34,267 bases of DNA from Sulfitobacter sp. (lineage in GTDB: Bacteria; Pseudomonadota; Alphaproteobacteria; Rhodobacterales; Rhodobacteraceae), in the NCBI GenBank assembly GCA_041573235.1, contig JBFFQZ010000001.1, positions 1-34,267 on the forward strand. The letters run 5' to 3'. Below are positions 18,006 to 25,227 of this stretch, one piece after another; position 1 is the first letter of the stretch; every line of letters starts with the position of its first letter. The notes under the pieces were generated by a model. That model was given only the letters and a program-made list of their open reading frames with translations, was not told the origin of the DNA and searched no databases. The position numbers and the translations under genes were made by a program.

Positions 18006-19631
18006 CTAGACCATCCATTCGGGCGGTGCGAACGTGCTGGCACTGGCGCGCGCCCAGCGGTCCTTGTACCCCATGTGGTCGGCGGCATCCGGATCGACAA
18101 GGAACCCTTCGGGCAGGTAGGGAAACGCCTGGTTCCCTTGCACGGTGGAGCGGTCCGACTGCCGCTGCATCAGGTGGTGCGGGAGGAAATCGCAGGGCGC
18201 ATCCAGTCCCGCGGCCCCGGTCATGTCGCCCAATGCCTTGAGCGTGTTGCGATGGAACCGTGCGACCCGTTCGGATTTCTGCTTGGGGTCGAGGGCGCGG
18301 GCGCGCAGCGGATCCTGCGTGGCGACGCCGACGGGACAATGGTTGGTGTGGCAGGTCTGGGCCTGAATGCAGCCGATGGCGAACATGAACCCACGCGCCG
18401 AGTTGCACCAATCCGCCCCCATTGCCAGCGCGCGGGCGATGTCGAAGGCCGATACAATCTTGCCGGCCGCGCCCAGTTTGATCTGATCCCGGATACCTGC
18501 GCCGCGCAGGGTATTGTGAACAAACGTCAGCCCCTCGACCATGGGCATCCCGATTTGATTGGCAAATTCCAGCGGCGCCGCGCCGGTGCCGCCCTCGGTG
18601 CCATCCACGACGATGAAATCGGGGATGATCCCTGTTTCCAGCATGGCCTTGACGACGCACATGAATTCACGCTGGTGGCCGATGCACAGCTTGAAACCCA
18701 CGGGCTTGCCGCCGGACAATTCGCGCAGTTGGCCGAGGAATTCGATCATCCCGATCGGCGTCGAGAACGCAGAATGCGCCGCGGGCGAGATACAGTCCTG
18801 CCCCATGGGCACATCGCGCGCTTCGGCGATTTCCTTGGTGATCTTGGCTGCGGGCAGAATGCCGCCGTGGCCGGGTTTGGCGCCTTGCGACAGTTTCACC
18901 TCGACCATCTTGACCTGATCGCGGGCGCATTGTTCGGCAAATTTGTCGGCATTGAACGTGCCATCGTCGTTGCGGCACCCGAAATACCCCGATCCGATTT
19001 CATAGATCAGGTCCCCGCCACCCTCGCGGTGATAGCGGCTGATGCCGCCCTCGCCCGTGTCATGGGCAAAACCTCCGCTCGCAGCACCCTTGTTCAGTGC
19101 CAGGATCGCATTGGAGGAGAGCGAGCCGAAGCTCATCGCGGAGATGTTGTAGATCGAGGCAGAATAGGGCTGCTTGCAGGCATCATTGCCGATGGTGATG
19201 CGGAAATCCGTGTCTTCGATGTGCTTGGGTTGCACCGAATGAGTTACCCAACTGTATCCCGCGTCATAGACCCGCATCCGTGTGCCGAAGGGGCGCGCGT
19301 CCTCCTGTCCCTTGGCGCGCTGATACACCAGCGACCGGGCGTCGCGGCTGAACGGCTCTTCGTCCTGATCGTTTTCGATGAGGTATTGACGGATCTCCGG
19401 GCGGATGCCCTCGAACAGGAAGCGCATGTGTCCCAACACCGGATAGTTGCGCAGGATCGAATGGCCGGGCTGTCTGATGTCGTTCCAGCCCAGCGCGCTG
19501 AGTGATGCGAAGAGCGCCAGCGGCAGGGTGAACCAGCCGGACCAGATCAGTGTGGCGAGCAGGCTGGCGAAGGCAAGAACGACGACCCCCGCGAAAGTGC
19601 TGAACCGGGAGAGGTCTGAAAACTTCGGCAT
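18006..19631 (-). CDS. FMN-binding glutamate synthase family protein (stand-alone FMN domain, N-terminal TM)
   Basis: SAMSFGSLS, HDTGEGG, EVKLSQGAKPGHGG, VDGTEGGTGAAP, CIQAQTCHTNHCPVGVATQD Fe-S motif; start ATG 19631 after GGAG. Confidence 0.92.
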   Translation of the reverse strand: MPKFSDLSRFSTFAGVVVLAFASLLATLIWSGWFTLPLALFASLSALGWNDIRQPGHSILRNYPVLGHMRFLFEGIRPEIRQYLIENDQDEEPFSRDARSLVYQRAKGQEDARPFGTRMRVYDAGYSWVTHSVQPKHIEDTDFRITIGNDACKQPYSASIYNISAMSFGSLSSNAILALNKGAASGGFAHDTGEGGISRYHREGGGDLIYEIGSGYFGCRNDDGTFNADKFAEQCARDQVKMVEVKLSQGAKPGHGGILPAAKITKEIAEARDVPMGQDCISPAAHSAFSTPIGMIEFLGQLRELSGGKPVGFKLCIGHQREFMCVVKAMLETGIIPDFIVVDGTEGGTGAAPLEFANQIGMPMVEGLTFVHNTLRGAGIRDQIKLGAAGKIVSAFDIARALAMGADWCNSARGFMFAIGCIQAQTCHTNHCPVGVATQDPLRARALDPKQKSERVARFHRNTLKALGDMTGAAGLDAPCDFLPHHLMQRQSDRSTVQGNQAFPYLPEGFLVDPDAADHMGYKDRWARASASTFAPPEWMV

Positions 19632-19837
19632 GAAAAGCTCCACTATTGGTGCGGAATGGGAGGTCCTGTCGGTTAGAGCGTATTCCCGCGCCTCTTGGCA
19701 AGGCTTTCGGGATCGGCGTTCGGGGTGACGGAAAAACTGCGGCGCTTCCGAACTGCACTGAATTTCAGCACAGTTGCATCAGTAATACGCTGAATTAAAT
19801 GAGTTTTATACATTCAGCCCGGCGCGGGAGAGATTGC

Positions 19838-19866
19838 TTGCCGATCTACCCAAAGCTGCATAAGCT
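19838..19866 (+). promoter_or_regulatory. Candidate sigma70-type promoter for the TAXI transporter
   Basis: TTGCCG(19838-19843)-N17-TAAGCT(19861-19866). Confidence 0.5.
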
Positions 19867-20036
19867 ACCTTGAGATCCTGGCGGGCCGCACTTTGGCGGC
19901 GATGAAACCGGGACGGGAGGTACTGTAATACGGATGGTGGTCTGCGGCATGCGGACCATACAGTCGTACCGCCTCCCAGCGAAAACAAGCGACAGCGCAG
20001 CGCGCTGTACGTGACATAAAAATGGGAGATACCAAC

Positions 20037-21008
20037 ATGAAGATGTTCAAGTCCATGACGGTTGCAGGCGCCTTTGCCGGTGCCGTGCTGGCCAGCACGG
20101 CGTCCTTCGCGCAAGAGAAGTTCATCACCATCGGCACTGGCGGTCAGACCGGCGTTTACTTTGTCGTGGGGCAGTCGATCTGCCGTCTCGTGAACCGCGG
20201 TTCCGCCGAGCACGGGTTGAAGTGCACCGCGCCATCCACCGGTGGTTCCATTGCAAACATCAACGCAATCAGGGCTGGCGATATGGACATGGGCGTGGCC
20301 CAGTCCGACTGGCAGTATCACGCATATAACGGCACCTCGAAGTTCGAGGGCGATAAGTTCGACAATCTGCGCGCGGTCTTCTCCGTGCACGGCGAGCCGT
20401 TCAACGTGATCGCGCGCAAGGATAGCGGCATCAAGACGTTCGATGACCTCAAGGGCAAACGCGTGAACATCGGCAACCCCGGTTCCGGTCAGCGCGCCAC
20501 CATGGAAGTCGTGATGAACGCCAAGGGCTGGACGCTGGACGATTTTGCCCTGGCGTCAGAGCTGAAGCCGGCCGAGCAGGCCGCGGCGCTGGGCGACAAC
20601 AAGGTGGATGCGATCATCTACACCGTGGGCCACCCGAATGGCTCCATCCAGGAAGCCGTGTCGACCATCGACGCAGAGCTAGTGTCGGTCGAGGGTCCTG
20701 AAATCCAGGGTCTGATCGACAACAATCCGTTCTACGCCAGCGCGACAGTGCCCGGCGGTATGTACAAAGGCACCGACAGCGATGTGAGCACCTTCGGCGT
20801 GAAGGCGACCTTCGTGACGTCTGCGGATGTGGCCGAGGATGTGGTCTATGAGACCGTGAAGGCCGTGTTCGAAAACTTTGACCGGTTCAAGCGTCTGCAT
20901 CCTGCATTCGAGAACCTCAAGGAAGAAGACATGATCTCTGCCGGTCTTTCGGCGCCGCTGCACGATGGCGCTGCAAAGTACTACAAAGAGCGTGGCTGGA
21001 TCGAGTAA
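20037..21008 (+). CDS. TAXI-family TRAP transporter solute-binding protein
   Basis: Signal peptide; ITIGTGGQTGVYF, STGGSIANIN, AQSD, DLKGKRVNIGNPGSGQR, PLHDGAAKYYKE; RBS GGGAG before ATG 20037. Confidence 0.95.
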   Translation: MKMFKSMTVAGAFAGAVLASTASFAQEKFITIGTGGQTGVYFVVGQSICRLVNRGSAEHGLKCTAPSTGGSIANINAIRAGDMDMGVAQSDWQYHAYNGTSKFEGDKFDNLRAVFSVHGEPFNVIARKDSGIKTFDDLKGKRVNIGNPGSGQRATMEVVMNAKGWTLDDFALASELKPAEQAAALGDNKVDAIIYTVGHPNGSIQEAVSTIDAELVSVEGPEIQGLIDNNPFYASATVPGGMYKGTDSDVSTFGVKATFVTSADVAEDVVYETVKAVFENFDRFKRLHPAFENLKEEDMISAGLSAPLHDGAAKYYKERGWIE

Positions 21009-21032
21009 ATCCCGATCATCTGAAGAAACCAA

Positions 21033-21059
21033 TGCGGCGGGTCAGGGTGGCCCGTCGCA
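21033..21059 (+). other. Intercistronic stem-loop without U-tract (probable mRNA stabiliser/attenuator)
   Basis: TGCGGCGGGTCA-GGG-TGGCCCGTCGCA, 12-bp stem with two G-U pairs between binding-protein and permease genes. Confidence 0.55.
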
Positions 21060-21131
21060 CCGCAGGCCTCCGGCAGCTGCCGGGCGCCGCGCCCGTGCCG
21101 GGGCGGGCAGGGTTTGAACGGGGGGAATGCA

Positions 21132-23882
21132 ATGACAGAAGCTGACCAACAAAAAGCCGCCGCCGTCGAGGCGGAAGCCGCCGGGCGCGGGGGCTTGAGC
21201 CAGAACGAGCTTGATGAGCTTGTCGCCTCTTCCGACACAGGAGGGCGCTCGGTCGCCGGGCCTGTCGGGCTTCTGCTGATGCTGGTGGCGCTGGCCTGGT
21301 CTCTGTTCCAGCTCTACATCGCGTCGCCCTTCGGTCTGTTCAACGATACGCTTGCGCGGTCCATTCACCTTGGGTTCGCGGTCTTTCTGGGCATTCTTGC
21401 CTTTCCCGCTGCGCGCACGACCTTCCAGCTTGCCCTTGGCATCGTGGTGCCTTTGGCGTTGGCGGCCCTGTTCATGGTGGCGGCCAAGGATGGCGTTGCC
21501 GTGTGGTGGATCCCGATCCCCGCGGTTCTGGTGGCTGCAACCGTCGTGCTGGGCTCGCCCAAGACATCCGTCCCGGTCTGGGAGTGGGTGCTGGCAATCG
21601 CGGGCGCCGGAGCGGCGCTCTATCTTTTCATGTTCTACCGCGACATCGCGGACCGCGTTGGCGCGCCGATCACTCAGGACTATGTCGTCGCGGTCATCGG
21701 CATCACGATCCTTCTGGAGGCCACGCGCCGCGCGCTTGGCCCCGCGCTGATGATCGTGGCGTCCGTTTTCCTGCTCTACACCGTGATGGGCCCCTCGATG
21801 CCCAGCATCATCGCGCACAAGGGCAACAGCCTGAGCGAGATCGTCAATCACCAGTGGATCACGACCGAAGGCGTGTTCGGCATTGCCCTTGGCGTATCCA
21901 CGTCATTCGTTTTCCTGTTCGTGCTGTTCGGGTCGCTTCTGGATCGGGCCGGGGCGGGCAATTATTTCATCCAGGTCGCGTTCAGCCTGATGGGCCACAT
22001 GAAAGGCGGGCCTGCAAAGGCCGCAGTCGTGTCCTCGGCCATGACCGGCCTGATCTCGGGCTCTTCGATCGCCAACGTGGTGACCACCGGCACTTTCACG
22101 ATCCCGCTGATGAAGAAGGTCGGCTTCAGTTCTGAAAAGGCCGGCGCGGTCGAGGTTGCGTCATCGGTCAATGGCCAGATCATGCCACCGGTGATGGGGG
22201 CCGCGGCCTTTCTGATGGTCGAATATGTCGGGATTCCCTATCCCGATGTGGTCAAACACGCGCTGCTGCCTGCTGCGATCTCCTATATCGCGCTGGTGTA
22301 CATCGTGCACCTTGAAGCGCTCAAGGCCGGGATGGAGGGCCTGCCCCGTCCCGTTGCGCCCAAGCCCTGGGTGGCATGGCTGATGTCTCTGGCGTTCACC
22401 GTGGCGGCGATCTGCCTGCTGAGCTACCTGGTCTATTTCTTCATGGGCTGGATCCGTCCGGCCTTCCCCGAGACGGCAGGCTACGTGGTCTTTGTCATGC
22501 TGACGGTGGTCTATGCGGGGTTGTTGTTCATCGCATCGCGTGAGGCGCCGCTCAAGCTTGACGATCCGAATGCGCCGGTGACCAAATTGCCGCTGCCGGG
22601 GCCGACAGTGCGGTCGGGTCTGCATTTCATCCTGCCGATCGTGGTGCTGGTCTGGGCGCTGATGGTGGACCGGCTGTCTCCGGGTCTGTCGGCTTTCTGG
22701 GCGACGGCCTACATGATCTTCATTCTGGTGACACAGCGTCCGCTGATGGCGATCTACCGCGGTGAAAGCCGCCTGGCGTCTGACATCAAGGATGGGTTCC
22801 TGGATCTGATCGACGGCCTGGTGACGGGTGCGCGCAACATGATCGGCATCGGCATCGCCACGGCGACGGCGGGGATTATCGTCGGCGCGGTCAGCCAGAC
22901 AGGCGTGGGCGCGGCCCTTGCCGATGTGGTCGAGGTGCTGTCAGGTGGCAACATCCTGGCGATTCTCGCGCTGACCGCGGTGCTGTCGCTGATCCTCGGG
23001 ATGGGTTTGCCGACGACGGCGAACTACATCGTGGTGTCGGCATTGCTGGCGCCCGTGATCGTGACGCTGGGCCAGCAGAACGGGCTGATCGTGCCACTGA
23101 TCGCCGTGCATCTCTTCGTTTTCTACTTCGGCATCATGGCGGACGTGACGCCGCCTGTGGGGCTTGCCTCCTTTGCGGCAGCGGCGGTATCGGGCGGCGA
23201 TCCGATCAAGACGGGCGTCGTAGCGTTCTTTTACTCGCTGCGCACGGCGGCCCTGCCGTTCCTGTTCATCTTCAACACCGAATTGTTGCTGATCAACGTG
23301 ACCTGGGCGCAGGGGATATTCGTCTTTGTCATTGCGACCGTCGCGATGCTGCTCTTTGCGGCGGCGACGCAGGGCTGGTTCCTTGCCAAGAACCGCTTGT
23401 ACGAGACGGTCGCGCTGTTGCTCATCGCGTTCACCCTGTTCCGTCCCGGATTCTGGATGGACATGGTGTCGCCCCCCTATGCCGAGCAGGCTCCGACCGA
23501 GATCGCCGCGGCAGCGGCCGACACGCCGGTGGGTACGCCTTTGCGCGTACGTGTGGCCGGGACGGACAGCTTTGGCGATCCGATCGAATTCGTCGCACTG
23601 GTCGAGATGGGCGAGGGCGCCACCGGCGAGGAAAAGCTGGAGAACGCAGGGCTGCTGTTCCGCCAGGATGGCGACAAGATGATCATCGACGACGTCGGCT
23701 TCAACTCTCCCGCGGCGAATGCCGGGCTGGATTGGGATCAGGAGGTGCTGCGGGTGCTCAAACCCGTGCCACAGCCATCCAAATACCTGATGTTCATCCC
23801 GGCGCTGTTGCTGCTTGCCGCGGTGGCAATGCTGCAACGCGGGCGCAATGCGCGTGCCCCGCGCAAGACGGCGGCTGCCTGA
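21132..23882 (+). CDS. TAXI TRAP transporter fused permease (DctQM-like)
   Basis: Highly hydrophobic; GGPAKAAV, SGSSIANV, GQIMPPVMGAAAF, LGMGLPTTANY, ADVTPPVGLA motifs; C-terminal soluble extension. Confidence 0.95.
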   Translation: MTEADQQKAAAVEAEAAGRGGLSQNELDELVASSDTGGRSVAGPVGLLLMLVALAWSLFQLYIASPFGLFNDTLARSIHLGFAVFLGILAFPAARTTFQLALGIVVPLALAALFMVAAKDGVAVWWIPIPAVLVAATVVLGSPKTSVPVWEWVLAIAGAGAALYLFMFYRDIADRVGAPITQDYVVAVIGITILLEATRRALGPALMIVASVFLLYTVMGPSMPSIIAHKGNSLSEIVNHQWITTEGVFGIALGVSTSFVFLFVLFGSLLDRAGAGNYFIQVAFSLMGHMKGGPAKAAVVSSAMTGLISGSSIANVVTTGTFTIPLMKKVGFSSEKAGAVEVASSVNGQIMPPVMGAAAFLMVEYVGIPYPDVVKHALLPAAISYIALVYIVHLEALKAGMEGLPRPVAPKPWVAWLMSLAFTVAAICLLSYLVYFFMGWIRPAFPETAGYVVFVMLTVVYAGLLFIASREAPLKLDDPNAPVTKLPLPGPTVRSGLHFILPIVVLVWALMVDRLSPGLSAFWATAYMIFILVTQRPLMAIYRGESRLASDIKDGFLDLIDGLVTGARNMIGIGIATATAGIIVGAVSQTGVGAALADVVEVLSGGNILAILALTAVLSLILGMGLPTTANYIVVSALLAPVIVTLGQQNGLIVPLIAVHLFVFYFGIMADVTPPVGLASFAAAAVSGGDPIKTGVVAFFYSLRTAALPFLFIFNTELLLINVTWAQGIFVFVIATVAMLLFAAATQGWFLAKNRLYETVALLLIAFTLFRPGFWMDMVSPPYAEQAPTEIAAAAADTPVGTPLRVRVAGTDSFGDPIEFVALVEMGEGATGEEKLENAGLLFRQDGDKMIIDDVGFNSPAANAGLDWDQEVLRVLKPVPQPSKYLMFIPALLLLAAVAMLQRGRNARAPRKTAAA

Positions 23883-24020
23883 TATCGCCCGCGCGAGGAT
23901 GTCATACCCGCTATGCCGCGCCGCTGGAATACGGATGCGTTTGGCCTGTTTTACTCTGTCTCCAAAGGGCGTATGGAACGGTATAAACGGCCTGTGCCGT
24001 ATGTCCCGGAGTGAGCAGAT

Positions 24021-25142
24021 ATGACCCCTTTCGCAATCGCCGGCGTACAAATGTACGTCAATGCCCTGCAACCGAACGTCGATGGAATGATCCAGCGCCT
24101 CAACATCCTGATGGCACGGTTCCCCTGGACGCAGATGGTGCTTTTTTCCGAGTTGGCGCCCTTTGGCCCGCTCGACCGATACTCTCTGCCGCCCGAAAAC
24201 GACGCGCTTGAGCAGTTTCAGGCGGCGGCCGCACGGCACCGCGTGTGGCTGATTCCCGGATCGATGTTCATCACGGATCCCGAGGACGGGCGGATCTACA
24301 ACACCTCCGTCGTGATCAACCCCGAGGGAGAGATCATCCGGCGCTATTCCAAGATGTTCCCGTTCCGGCCGTACGAATCGGGCATCGCAGCAGGAACCGA
24401 TTTCTGTGTTTTCGATGTGCCGGACGTGGGCCGGTTCGGCCTGTCCATCTGCTATGATATGTGGTTCCCGGAAACCACGCGTCAGTTGACGTCGCAGGGC
24501 GTCGAGGTGCTGTTGCACCCGGTGCTGACCGGCACGACGGACCGTGACGCGGAACTGGCCATCGCGCGCGCCACGGCGGCTCAGTTCCAGTGCTATGTGA
24601 TTGACGTGAACGGGCTGGGGGCCGGCGGTGTGGGTAAGTCCTGCGTTGTCGATCCGACATCCATGGTGCTGCACCAATCGGCGGGGCAGGAAGACATGTT
24701 CCCGATCGAAGTCGACCTGGACATGGTGCGCCGCCAACGCGAGACGGGGATGAAGGGACTTGGACAGGTTCTGAAATCGTTCCGCGACCGGTCCACCGAT
24801 TTCTCGGTCTATGACCGGACCAGCGGTACCGACAGCTATCTCAAGACACTTGGCCCGCTTGCCATTCCGCACCAGGGGACGACTGCGGGGCTTGACGACG
24901 CTTCGCCCGCGATGCGCGTGCCGCAGGCGCCCTACCACGCCGGTCAGGACAGCATGCCGGGTTTTGCCCACAAGGTCCCGCCGGAGTTTGCACCGGAACC
25001 ATTGCCCAACCCTTCCGCCGGGACGGCCACGCCGCCCAGCGAAACCGGGTCTGCCGCGGCTCCTGCCGCCGGCATGCCTAACCCACCTGTTAAACCCGGC
25101 GCCCTGACCGGCACCACAACGAACGAGACATCCAGCGGCTAG
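24021..25142 (+). CDS. Carbon-nitrogen hydrolase (nitrilase/amidase superfamily) with Pro/Ala-rich C-terminal tail
   Basis: Glu-Lys-Cys triad contexts LFSEL, YSKMFP, GLSICYDMWFPE; RBS GGAG. Confidence 0.92.
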   Translation: MTPFAIAGVQMYVNALQPNVDGMIQRLNILMARFPWTQMVLFSELAPFGPLDRYSLPPENDALEQFQAAAARHRVWLIPGSMFITDPEDGRIYNTSVVINPEGEIIRRYSKMFPFRPYESGIAAGTDFCVFDVPDVGRFGLSICYDMWFPETTRQLTSQGVEVLLHPVLTGTTDRDAELAIARATAAQFQCYVIDVNGLGAGGVGKSCVVDPTSMVLHQSAGQEDMFPIEVDLDMVRRQRETGMKGLGQVLKSFRDRSTDFSVYDRTSGTDSYLKTLGPLAIPHQGTTAGLDDASPAMRVPQAPYHAGQDSMPGFAHKVPPEFAPEPLPNPSAGTATPPSETGSAAAPAAGMPNPPVKPGALTGTTTNETSSG

Positions 25143-25227
25143 GCCCGCGTTGTTACGGGGCAGGTCAGCGTACCTGCCCTTGTCCGCATCGCAATGGCCC
25201 GGCTGCGCATTACGCGGAGAACGACCG

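Noticed and set aside
22941-24971. 676-aa minus-strand ORF and similar long antisense ORFs (8462-9685, 13679-14956, 16329-17876, 18075-19505, 27783-29207)
   Set aside because: All lie opposite well-supported genes and reflect codon bias; no family motifs.
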